Below, one piece after another: positions 37,189-48,035 of a stretch of DNA of 53,219 nt. Every line of letters starts with the position of its first letter. Positions within the stretch are counted from its first letter, which is position 1. Below the pieces are notes generated by a model. It was given only the letters and a program-made list of their open reading frames with translations, made no database searches and had not been told where the DNA came from. Origin of the DNA: Octopus bimaculoides. Lineage: Eukaryota. Position numbers and translations under genes: made by a program. Location: contig NC_068993.1 in assembly GCF_001194135.2 (NCBI RefSeq), positions 5,468,902-5,522,120 on the forward strand, in the 5' to 3' direction.

Positions 37189-40100
37189 TTCACACACACA
37201 CATATTTATTCATTTGTTTACTTATTTTATGCAATGCATACAGCGATTGCCGTGTGGAAGACATAAATTGGCATTCAGAAACACTCGAAGGCCTTCGACT
37301 TCGCTTGAACATTTATTTTCAATGTGGTGTCAAAGTTCCCGTCGCTCGAAACTGTGTCCTGTTTACTGACCAAAAAATTTGCTGCATCTCAAAATTCTCG
37401 AAAATACCGCAATACACATAGCTCGGAATATTTCTTTTCTTGGTTTTGTTTGGATAGGTCTATCGTTCTGGTTCAGTGGACATAGCTGGTCAGTTTTACT
37501 GATTTCTAGAATCAGCTGTCTTTCGTATTTTCCTTCTTTCTTCCTTCCTCTCTTCAAAAAAAAAAAGAAAGAGAGAAGTAATTTTGGCAATAACAATTAC
37601 TTCTTACTTTTTCTCTCTCTTTTTTCTCTCTCTCTCTCCTTTCCACTCTCTTCTTGGCCTCTCTCTCTCTCTCTTCTTTATTCGCTATTTCTCTTCTCTG
37701 TCTCTCTTTCACTCTTTCCTTCTTCTTCTTCCCAAATCCTTTGTATCCTTCCCAACCAACTACAATACTTCTATTTCCCTTTCATACGACCGATAATATA
37801 AGTGTTCGTCTTTTTAAAAAAATTAAAAAGTGCTGAGGCTGGTTCATTTGACTAAAAATCCTTCAAAGCAGTGCCCCAGCATGGCCGCAGTCAAATGACT
37901 GAAATAAGGAAGAAACAAATAAAAGAAATTAAAATTAAATATTAAAAAAAAGTATATGATAATAAGATAATGAAAGATATGTTACCTGTCTGATAAAAAA
38001 CCAAATATAACTGCTCCAAAAAGACAACCAGCGAAATAAACGGACTGCAAAGTGGATCTTAACCATTTTCTTTCGCACACCAAATCAAACTGTGAGAAGA
38101 AACAAATTAAAATGGATGCAATTAAATGGTTTATGTTAAAATATATGATACTGAAATTAAACATCAACTGTTTTATAGTAATTAATTGTTTTACAGCAAT
38201 TAGTTGATTGGGTTACTCACCTCGCTTACAATTGTAGAAAACTCCTCCGTCAGAAATTTCCGTCCGTAAGAACACTGTAGTTTAGATGAATTACTTGGTG
38301 GTGTTGTATAAAATGTTCCAGTGAAACTATTGTTATATACAGAACATTGATCATTGTCGTCAGGTTGAAGCATTTGTAAATATTCATTCTCTGTAAGATT
38401 TTCAGGAATTAACGAAGCATTAAAGTTCGGAGGGTAGCATAAGAAGGGAACATTTGCACTGATAAAAGCTAAATTCATAGCTGGCATTATTGTCAAAGTG
38501 CCTATAATAATAATATAAGTGTACAGCCAGCGCTGGTAGGGTCCAAATGTACCACATTGTTCTATAAGCTTTGTAATATCTTTATCAGATAAAGCTGAAA
38601 TAGAAAAAAAATGTATGATAAAAAGTATACAATATGTGTTGTAATCTCTACAAAAGTAAATGGTGTGTTTCTGATTAATGACTAATTCAAATATTAAAAT
38701 GAAAATGTCCAGTTGAAAGACTGGTCTGACAGGTAAAACTCTTCAGGTGATTAACTTTCATGTTGTATGCTATTTATAGAACTACATTGTGTCAGGTAGA
38801 ATGTAAATGCGTCAAGTAAATGTCTTAGTAACCATGTGAAAATGTAATTTACGAAAGAAATCTATAATATATTAAAAATGAACTTCAATATTACTTGCTC
38901 ACTTGCTTGATTGCTTGCAATGTTTCACAGTCAAACTGGCACATAATGGGAAAATACTTTCAAAGTAAAGTTTCCCTGGAATGTAAATACAAACAGTATA
39001 AAACAAGTTTCGCGTAAATCGAATCAGTGGTTATTGAAATATTCTGGGTTTAGGGGTATAAATACCCAAAACTGTGCATAATGGGAAACTACTCCGAAAA
39101 TATCTTAACCCTGGAAGAGAAGAAACTCTAACCTTTCCACTAGACACATTATGGTGGACAAAATATATTAAAGTGAAATGACTTTAAAAATACGGTAAAT
39201 ATTTCGTAAAAGGCCGCCCTTAATACAATTTTATGTGGGGCCCTCAATGGTCATATGAATATCATTTTCCAAAGGTTTTTTCGAGTGCATTCAACGTATC
39301 CCATCCTCAAAGATTTGGCTGCCATTTCTAGCATGCCCTGCTACCACATAACAGTTATTTGCAATAAAAGACCCGAAACACCTGTTACGTTGTAACAGGG
39401 CGTGCAAGAAATAGCAGCCAAATCTTTCGTTTTCTGAGGAGAGGAGCCGTTTACGCGTGATTTCGATGTCAGATTCGTTGAAAGCATGCAAAATAACGGG
39501 GAAAAGAAAAAGAAAACATGAAACAAAACTCCGTTGCTGGGAAACTCAGACTTCCCTGGTAACCCAACGGTTTATGGGCTAGGGTTAGGGTTAGGGTTAG
39601 GGTTAATACATATGTTTAGTTATTACATGGATGATTTATTATATACAAATTATATTAATTGGAAATGTGTAAATGGCTTCTCAATATACTAAGCATAACA
39701 ATAAATCTAGTTAATTATAGAAGTAAATCAATATTGCTGATTGGTATTGTATTAACAATGAAAGTTCAGAGAAAAAAAAAATCATTATTTTCAATATCCA
39801 ATACAAAGAAATGGTTGGTTCTGTATAGTCGATCGTAGACATCAGGACTTCATAAGTAGGTGAGTAGTTCGTCTCTCTGGAGAGCAGTTGTTCTCAACCA
39901 TTTTATACCTATGGACCTCTTTTGATTCCTGATTTACTTGAGTGTCTTCTAACAGTGCTTGAAAATTATGCTGGTCTGTAACTTAGCAGCTCGGCAAAAG
40001 TGAACGATAGAATAAGTACCAAGCTTTAAAAAATGAATACCGAGGTCGGTTCGTCCGACTGGAGTTCATCAAAGTGTTGTTCCAGTATGACCGCAGCCCC

Positions 40101-40507
40101 TAATGACTGAAGCAAGTGAATAATCCTTTCTACTGGAAGCATAAGGCCTCAAATTTGGAGGAACGGATTAAGTCGATTACATCGACCCAAGCGCATAACT
40201 GGTACTTATTTAATCGACCCCGTAAGGATGAAAGGCAAAGTCGACCTCAGCGAACCAGAACGTTGGCGGCAGACAAAATACCGCTAAGCATTTTGCCCGG
40301 CGTGCTAACGGTTCTGACAGCACGCCGCCTTGAAGCAAGTAAATTAAAGATAAAGACATTTAAAGAATTATTACATTATTTCAGGGATGAGTATTACAGT
40401 AATTAGTTCATAGAAACGCTTTATCAAATACCAATTTGAATAAATATTTATTTACGTGTCGCCATTTGTTTTTCTAATTTCAGTTGATTTTCTTCATCTT
40501 CAGCCAT
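28948..40507 (-). CDS. SLC22: SLC22-family (MFS) organic ion transporter, copy B; 9 coding exons, 1662 nt CDS, 553 aa (gene span)
   Basis: Exons 40456-40507, 38221-38594, 37986-38089, 36880-37034, 35258-35426, 32769-33038, 31521-31735, 29737-29845 and 28948-29161 join in frame. Exons 2-9 have the same lengths as in copy A. Symbol is family-level only. Confidence 0.93.
29737..29845 (-). CDS. SLC22 copy B exon 8
   Basis: 109 nt; SFWLPLILVLLGKFGIASAYGSIYLLSAELFPTVV(R); CG|GTAAAT donor. Confidence 0.95.
29886..30240 (-). mobile_element. Mariner transposase 3' remnant
   Basis: LTKMGIKFV.THAAYSTDIASCDFW*LLKLRESLRDSRFENIE matches the PHPPYSPDLAPCDFWLF motif; TIR-like end near 29886. Confidence 0.7.
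31521..31735 (-). CDS. SLC22 copy B exon 7
   Basis: 215 nt; [37 protein letters not shown]...SNFVTK(G). Confidence 0.95.
32335..32721 (+). mobile_element. Full-length tRNA-derived SINE, family 3
   Basis: gaggtgcaatggcccagtggttagggcagcgg (A box), ggtttcgattc (B box), 3' tail ggaaccctcgtcgtcgtaagcgacggagtgcca. The tail also occurs reversed at ~27540-27590 and ~47833-48035. Confidence 0.8.
32769..33038 (-). CDS. SLC22 copy B exon 6
   Basis: 270 nt; [19 protein letters not shown]...[23 protein letters not shown](W); TG|GTAAAG donor. Confidence 0.94.
34788..35070 (+). mobile_element. Possible Tigger/pogo-like non-autonomous element, 5' end
   Basis: Recurrent tatcgcgg subterminal motifs, as seen in Tigger-type ends. 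Confidence 0.4.
35258..35426 (-). CDS. SLC22 copy B exon 5
   Basis: 169 nt; LEFTSSKLRTRISFGYMCLYPVAATFVTVLVYCIPDWHLLELTVCILPTISFFIW; tttttcag acceptor, AT|GTGAGT donor. Confidence 0.93.
35705..36433 (-). mobile_element. Degenerate Tc1/mariner transposase (maT/DD37D-like)
   Basis: N-terminal HTH (IISLHKKGES..TVWKILKKF..DRPGRGRK), TDKKKFDLEQTVNHQN, SVIVWSAGTATGKSPLVFVPSGVQMNTQRYISDILE and a QDSAP-like remnant; frameshifts and stops. Confidence 0.75.
36880..37034 (-). CDS. SLC22 copy B exon 4
   Basis: 155 nt; FGRIPIFFLANTFIVICGIGKIFVPSLIILMTLHCIQASGYTGNTITLYSL; catag acceptor, A|GTAAGT donor. Confidence 0.92.
37986..38089 (-). CDS. SLC22 copy B exon 3
   Basis: 104 nt; [34 protein letters not shown](R). 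Confidence 0.95.
38221..38594 (-). CDS. SLC22 copy B exon 2
   Basis: 374 nt; LSDKDITKLIEQCGTFGPYQRWLY...[11 protein letters not shown]...EEFSTIVSE; atttcag acceptor, GAG|GTGAGT donor. Confidence 0.95.
39579..39605 (+). repeat. Short telomere-type repeat CTAGGG(TTAGGG)3TTA
   Basis: Read directly from the sequence. Confidence 0.9.
40116..40331 (-). mobile_element. SINE family 1
   Basis: ggatgaaaggcaaagtcgacctc...cgctaagcattttgcccggcgtgctaacg...cgccgcctt. Confidence 0.8.
40456..40507 (-). CDS. SLC22 copy B coding exon 1 (MAEDEENQLKLEKQMAT)
   Basis: AAAATGGCT start 15 nt after a ctacag acceptor (exon starts 40522); phase-1 donor C|GTAAAT. Confidence 0.82.
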
Positions 40508-40678
40508 TTTAAAATAAAGTCTCTGTAGAAATTGCAATTCGTTTTACCTAGAATACTTCAGACAAGAAGAAGAAAAAAGCATCAGATAAAACAGAAGAAT
40601 ATATCAATGTCTTCTCACAGTATGCAGTAATAGTTTATACATTATGGGGTTATTTATCAAATTAGTATTTATTTATTT

Positions 40679-40893
40679 AAGGAGGGCGGCGAGCTGGCAG
40701 ATCTTTAGCTCACCCGGCAAAAATGCTTAGCGCCATTTCGTCCGTTTTTACGTTGAGTTCAAATGCCACCGAAAGTTGACTTTGCCTTTCGTATTTTCGG
40801 GGCCGATTAAATAAGTACCAGTTGAACACTGGGGTCAATGTAATCGAATTATCCCTTCCCCTGAACTTGCTGGACTTGTGCCAAAATTTGAAG
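40679..40893 (+). mobile_element. SINE family 1, full length
   Basis: aaggagggcggcgagctggcag head, gagttcaaatgcc B box. Confidence 0.8.
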
Positions 40894-41164
40894 CCAACTA
40901 ATGAGACGGAGTTAGTTTGACCAACTGACACAATTCGAGCATGTTATGAAAGTAGAACATAATATATTCAACCATGATAAAATATCGAGATCATTTGTAG
41001 TCGAAACGCTGACACACCAATCTCCAGATAACGTAATTAGACCATCCCGGTACCTATTATCCGCTGCATCATATAAAATAAATAATTGGATAAAGAGCAG
41101 ACGTGAAAACAAAATTATAAAACTATCTTTGTCAAAATTTACATTCCTTTGTTGTCAGGACGTT

Positions 41165-41391
41165 CACTTATTATTGACGCAGATGTGGCGGTGCGGTAAA
41201 AAAAAAAAAAGAAATCTGCTTCTCAGCCACACAGTTCCAGGTTTAGTCTCATTGCGCTGCACCTTTCGCGAGTTTCTTCTAATATAGCCCTGGTCCTACC
41301 AAAGCCTTGTGAGTGGATTTAGTAATTTAAGGAAGCCTTTTGTCTATATATCAGTGTGTATGATTGTGTGTGTTTGTGTGTGCGTGCGTGC

Positions 41392-41447
<56 letters not shown>

Positions 41448-41605
41448 CTTCCCACCAATGCTTGAGAAAATGGTTCGGCAAAAACACCCGATAAAATAAG
41501 TACCAATTTTAAAAAAAAATGTGCTGATATGGATTCATTCGGCTAAAACCCTTCAAAGCGGTGCCTGCCCCAGTATGGTCGCAGTCCAATGACTGAAACA
41601 AATAA
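41165..41605 (+). mobile_element. SINE family 2, full length with internal (GT)n
   Basis: Head, caaagccttgtgagtggattt, GT microsatellite, tail cagtatggtcgcagtccaatgactgaaaca. Confidence 0.7.
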
Positions 41606-41715
41606 AAAATAACAGAAAGACATGGAACCTCTTGTATGGTTCTAAAAGTTAAGCCTTGTAGTTCACTAGTTCACATTTTTCTCTTCAGAAAACACAAACT
41701 AAACATTTCATATTT

Positions 41716-42977
41716 TGCAGGTGATGCAACTGAAATTGACGTCGATGGAGCCCATCAATTGCGTGAGATAAGCATGCAGCTTCTGTAGAAATCTTATCAA
41801 CCACAGGACATTTACAATACCGATGAAACTGGGATCTACTTTCGTGCATTACCAGGGAATACGAGAGTTGCAAGAAAACTGTAAGGGGCTTTAAGACGGC
41901 AAAGGACCGTGTGACCTTGATGGTAGCCAGCTACATGAATAGAGACAAAGAAGACTTGCTCTTAATCGGAAAGGCTGGTTCGCCAAGATGCTTCAAAAAT
42001 GTCAAAACGCTTCCGATTCGATCAATGATTGGATGATTGAAAAAAATCTATGGAAGATGGCCCAGATCTTGAGATCGTCGTTTGCAGGAATCTGGAAGAC
42101 AAGTGGTGGTCCTACTTGACAATTCCTTTTCTCATGTAATCATCTATGATTTCAAGAATATCACTTTAAACTCTCTTCCTCCCAACACAACGTCGGTGCT
42201 TCAGCCGTGTGAAATGGGAATAATCAAGACCTTGAAAGCCTACTTCAGACATGAAATGCGCTAGAAGATCATTGATGTTATGGAAGACACTGAACGTGAC
42301 ATTTCTGCCCAACAAGTTGCAAAGCAGATCACCATTTTGGATGCTATGTACATGTTAAGCGTAGCGTGGAGGAAGGTCTCTAGCCAGACAAAACAAAACT
42401 GGTTTTGTTTCGGTCGAAGGATCAAATGAAGCCATAGATGTTAACGAAGATTTTATCCTGCCTTCATTGCCTACTGGATTGACCAAAAAGCAATTCGAGA
42501 ACTGGTTGTTCGTAGATGCTAGCGCTGTTGTTGCCCCAGAGATCATCACTGAAGAAAGAAAACGAGGTGAGATCATTCATCACATTCGGAAATCTGAGAA
42601 GGAAACCGAAGACGATGAAGATGGTGATTCCGACATTGATGTTGATGAAACAGTTCGGGAGCCTCCAACATCAGCTGAATTGTGGCACTATTTCACTCGA
42701 CTAGAAAGTGGCCTTGAAAGTTTTTATTTCAGTAACATGAATCTTTTTAATGCAGAGTTGCGAACAAAGCGTCCAGCAAAGCAAACGACACTCGTCAAAT
42801 TTTTCCTTCAATGACATTGTTTATAATGTTTTTATTCGTGTATTCGCATATGTATGTCTTTTAATAAATACACATGTTTAATCAATCGGCGGATTTGTCC
42901 CCTCGGTTAATAAATCCCTCATTTAATAAATCCAAAATAGGCGGCACCAAGATGGAATTATAAAGCGGTGTCTACTG
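41716..42977 (+). mobile_element. Tigger/pogo (DDE_1) transposon relic with 3' TIR
   Basis: YNTDETGIYFRALP, AKDRVTL, VVLLDN, LPPNTTSVLQPCEMGIIKTLKAYFR; ends gcggtgtctactg followed by TA (42978-42979). No 5' TIR found. Confidence 0.8.
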
Positions 42978-44556
42978 TATACACATACACAAACATACAC
43001 ACATACACACACATATCTATATTTGTATATATTCAAGTGTATGTATTTTTGTTTGCCCTCTCAATTAATGCTTGACGACTGGTATTGGTCTGTTTACTTC
43101 TTCGTAACTGAGGAGATTGTCAAAATACCTGATTAAATAAAAACCAGATATAAAAATAAGTACTGGGGTCTATTTGTTCGACTAACCCTTTCAAAACGGT
43201 ACCGCAACAAAAAGAAATATGATAAAGAATTAAAAAAATAATAATAATAAAACGAGAGTAAAATCTTCTCCAAGACTGATATTTGGAAAGAGGCGGGAAA
43301 GAAAAGTAAGAGATAATGTTACCAGTAGCCGGTGGGGGGGGGGGGTGCTGAGCTAAAAGCAGAAATAGATTTGACTTGGGATACAAAAGGACAATGTGTA
43401 GCGACCAATAATATTAAGAATAAAATACCGGGAAACATCGACTGCGGGCTTTGCAGCCAGTGAAATGTAATCAATTGGTCACATGATATCCGGAAGTCCA
43501 GCTTAACCATGTCAGCGTATGCTGCGATCGAGTCTTGCTGTGTTAACTGAGTAAAATGTCGATACTGCTATGTGGAAACGGATAAGAATCGATAAGCGTA
43601 CATGACATTTGTTACACGTAAACCTATAACAAGTATCATACATAACCATCGAACCGTAACGAATAGGAACGTAATCACGGTGTGCTGACATTTAACGAAA
43701 ACGTAATCCAGAATGAAGCGGAGACACTGCCGTTGTAAAAGTATAGTGAAATTGAAGCAAGCAAGATGTGCGACAAAAGACTGGAATTGATATTAATGCT
43801 ATTATTAATTAGTACTAATAATTGATTGTAGATTCACTATAATAAAAAAAAATGTCTATTGAACAATGACATATCCTGATCTATTACACACAGCTGGAAA
43901 GCTGTTTCTATTCAGAACGAGAGAAATCTCACACAAGTTATTTATTAGTAGTGCTACTTAAACAGTACACTCTCTGCATGCAACAATGTTCTTACAAGAT
44001 CAGTATTCGGCGATCTAGCAGCAGCAAATCAGATAATTTACACGTTAAACAGTTGTCGCTCCACACAACACAATCTATGCAGCAAATATAAAACACACAG
44101 CGAATATAAAACACACAGACACACGCAACTAAGTAATTACTAACTCGCATTGCACATACTTTTCAGAACAGAAGAAACACTAAACAAACACTAGAAGCGG
44201 CCTAACAAATTTCATAACACAGTTTAATATCACACACACACATACACACACACACAGACATATNNNNNNNNNNNNNNNNNNNNNNNNNNNNNNNNNNNNN
44301 NNNNNNNNNNNNNNNNNNNNNNNNNNNNNNNNNNNNNNNNNNNNNNNNNNNNNNNNNNNNNNNNNNNNNNNNNNNNNNNNNNNNNNNNNNNNNNNNNNNN
44401 NNNNNNNNNNNNNNNNNNNNNNNNNNNNNNNNNNNNNNNNNNNNNNNNNNNNNNNNNNNNNNNNNNNNNNNNNNNNNNNNNNNNNNNNNNNNNNNNNNNN
44501 NNNNNNNNNNNNNNNNNNNNNNNNNNNNNNNNNNNNNNNNNNNNNNNNNNNNNNNN

Positions 44557-44591
<35 letters not shown>

Positions 44592-44652
44592 GCGGACACA
44601 TCTCACATTCACAGAGATACACCTCAGCTTGCGGTGTAGTAGTAACTTGCAG

Positions 44653-44832
44653 AATATTCTTTACAACTCTAAGCACAAGGCCCGAAATTTTTGAGGAGGA
44701 GAGCCAGTCGATTAGATCGATCCCCAGTACGCAACAGGTACTTAATTGACCTCGAAAGGACGAAAGGTAATGTCGACCTCTGCGCTAAGCATTTCGCCCG
44801 GCGTGCTAACGTTTCTGCCAGTTTGCCGCCTT
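44653..44832 (-). mobile_element. SINE family 1, internally deleted
   Basis: gctaagcatttcgcccggcgtgctaacgtttctgccagtttgccgcctt. Confidence 0.75.
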
Positions 44833-45889
44833 AAGACTGAAGAATATTATTGAAAACATAAATAATATCTATACACTGTTAATGATCTCATAACATCAAA
44901 CGGTATTAAATAACTTCCACATTTTGTAAACCAGCAGAGTATAAATAAATAATTAGTGTTAACAAAGGAATACACTATAGCGATCATGACATTGACGATA
45001 CGAACAGTAATTTCATACATGTAAACTGTAAACATTTTTGTTAATACTTTCTTGCATTTAAGATAATTCTTCCAAACACCTAACATTCATTGTTGAGTAT
45101 TTCTTCTTCTCTACACGCTTCCACTCACACTTTTAAGTCACTCTATGTTCGTGTTAGTGTACGCTTATGTATAGGTGTGTATGGAAAAGTATGTGTGAAA
45201 AGAGGGACTTAACCTTATGCGTTAACGTGTTTACAAAGACAAAAACGGTTTACTTTAAAGTCATTAATATTTGTGTTTTTAAAAAGGAATTTTTATAGAA
45301 ACAAAATCATTATATTTACCGATTTTTTTCTGTTCTACTCTGTAATAAACCATATGAATGTTTTCATCCGGGTCACAAAATAATGATTTTTTTATGGGGT
45401 ATTTTTCTTTGTTTTTTCTTTTCTTGCTGTTTCTCCCACTTGCCTACTCGCAACGACCTCATCCAGGATGGCACAAAGCGTAATGTTTATCGTAGTCATA
45501 TATCTAAAATAAAAGCGCAAACTGCTGGTTGGGGATTTTATCAGTTTGTCGGTAAGTTTGTTGGAGCTGAAATGAATTGAATAGCTGTATGGCCTCACCT
45601 ATAACTAGTTATGCATGTTATGTAGGTTAGTGTTAACAGCTGTAACTGAGAATGCATTGGACAGCTCAGTTGAAATAAGTATTAAGTGATGAACGACAAA
45701 GTTAGTCAAAAACTCATTTTATTTAAATTTTTCTGGCATGTGCATACGACATGCAATGCAGAACCTTTGATAGATCAGAACTATAATTTGCAGATTTGAT
45801 TAATTATTTACTATTAACATTAAAAAAGCAGCAAGTCGGATTCGTAAAGGAAACAAAACCGTGTCTCGGACCCAGTTATTCTTTGTGAG

Positions 45890-46005
45890 CTTAGTCCGTA
45901 CTCTATCGGCCTCTTTTGCCGAACCACTAAGTTACGGGATGGGGCATAAACACACTAGCATCGGTTGTTAAACGATGGCAGGGGGACAAACACAAACACA
46001 CATAC

Positions 46006-46062
<57 letters not shown>

Positions 46063-46253
46063 CACGCGCGTGCGTGTATGTGTGTATACAACGGGCTTCT
46101 TTCTGTTCCTGTCTACCAAATCCACTCACTAGGCTTTGGCCGACCTGAAGTTATAGTAGAAGATACTTGCCCAAGGTGCCACGCCGTGGGACTGAACCTG
46201 GAACCACGTGGTTGGGAAGCAAGGCTTCTTACCACACAGCCACTCCTGAGCCT
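45890..46253 (-). mobile_element. SINE family 2
   Basis: Reverse complement begins caggctcaggagtggctgtgtggtaag, with ggttcagtccc and caccttgggcaag. Confidence 0.8.
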
Positions 46254-46803
46254 GTTTTTTACATCTTGTTATACGGCGTCCCATAAGTGATAAGATATGG
46301 CGGTCTTCCTACTTCTCTACCTTACTGTACATATCTTACCACCTATAAACCAAACGAATGCAAAGAAAAATAACTACCCTCGCTCCCCTTACTTGTTACC
46401 CGATGACTTTAATTAACAGTTCTGTGTTTTTCTTCTTAGAATTATATGAAACAGTAATTAAAGTATCAAAACGACATAACTAGACAAAATGACATCCTGT
46501 AAGTGAGCCATAAATATCTGAAAATAATTGTCCTGAAATTAGTTTCAAAACGGCACCACCACCATTAAAATGAAGGACACGTTGGCTTAATCAATCCTAC
46601 ACTCACTATTTTCTTTCCTTGTCTCTTTTTTTAATATAAAAACAATTATGGTCAGGTTTAGAAAACTAAAAACTAAACACACACCTCAATAACACCGGAA
46701 ACTTGACAAGAGAAATGTTTTGACTTCGGGACGACAAGGAAGTAATAAACTGAAGTATTGTAATATTGAATCAATAAACAGTCATCCGCTACTGTATTTA
46801 GAA

Positions 46804-46968
46804 ATTATTATTGTTGTTGTTATTGTTATTGCCTTTGCACATCTCCTAACGCTGGAGATGTACTACAGTGTCAGCTGTTCGCTACTAGTGAACTAAGGTA
46901 ACACCTCTTCATTTTCGAGCACCTTCCAGAGTATTCGAGCGGTTCCAAGCAGTGCCGTTTTCTGCAAG
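46804..46968 (-). mobile_element. R4/Dong-like LINE extreme 3' end with (CAA/TAA)n tail
   Basis: LQKTALLGTARILWKVLE, a 3' UTR hairpin ACATCTCC/GGAGATGT (46839-46861) and a trinucleotide tail. Confidence 0.7.
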
Positions 46969-47189
46969 TATGTGGTTTACCCATGTGCCAATGTGGACAT
47001 GGGTAAACCACATCGGAACATCCAGATCGTATCCAGATTGCAGGTCTTAAATAGGTATAGTATTAGTTGTCCATAATTTCAAATCATCGGCTACACAGAT
47101 CACAAATTGGTGACCTGTAAGGTCGACTTAGCATACGTAGACAGGGCCCGGGCCACTGGACGCAGAACACGTCACTCCCGGCGTGCCAA

Positions 47190-47375
47190 GCTTACAGAGA
47201 CCGGATTAAAGAGTTAGTTCAGAAAGCTATGACGGGGGCAATCGTCAGCAATAAATAGAGGTATAACCTAAAAAGGGCCATCAAAGTAGAATCAGTTAGA
47301 TTTGGCAAGGTTTTAGCTGTAGAAAGAAATAGATTAGAGGCTGATTTAGTGAGAAAGTTAGAAGAGGTGCCTAGG
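47190..47375 (+). mobile_element. Possible L1/Tx1-clade ORF2 fragment
   Basis: YRDRIKELVQKAMTGAIVSNK*RYNLKRAIKVESVRFGK...LVRKLEE resembles the linker between endonuclease and RT; not diagnostic. Confidence 0.35.
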
Positions 47376-47832
47376 AAAGGCATTGCAACTGACGTTTTCC
47401 AATTTCACCAGATGAATCCCTACAATTTGATTTCGCTGCACGGCGTCAAATATCTCCCTGAAATGTATTTACGCTTCCTTCTTGGGTTTTTGAATTGTCA
47501 TCAATGCTTCTGTGACTTTTTTTCTTTTTCTAGGAAGATGTATTAACTCCGCGCAAACTTATTTTTACGTCTAGGAAGAGATGGTCCAAATTACTTTGGC
47601 CTTTATCCTTTGACCTGTCCACCATGGAAAGCTTTACACTAGCCATCACGCCACAACAAGAACTGAACCTTTTAGTGGATCTCTGTTTCATACTTGACGT
47701 ATATACACCGTTAAAAGGAAAGAAACTACGGTTTCAGTCGGAGATTAAATTTCTTCTAGAAGTTCTGTGTAAAAAAAAAAAAACAGAATATACATCGGAA
47801 AGAAATTGAAAACAGTATATTGTCTATGATAC

Positions 47833-48035
47833 TGGCACTCCGTTGGTTACGACTACGAGGGTCCCAGTTCATTTGATCAACGGAACAGCTTGCTCGCAGA
47901 AGTGGCTGAGCACTCCACAGACACACGTACTCTTAGCATAGCTCTCAGGGAGATTCAGTGTGACATAGAATGCTGAGTGAACTGGAGCGACGTGAAATGA
48001 AGTGTTTGCCCAAGAACACAACCCACCACTCGGTA
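47833..48035 (-). mobile_element. SINE family 3-type 3' tail fragment
   Basis: Reverse complement of the tail at 32590-32712. Confidence 0.65.
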
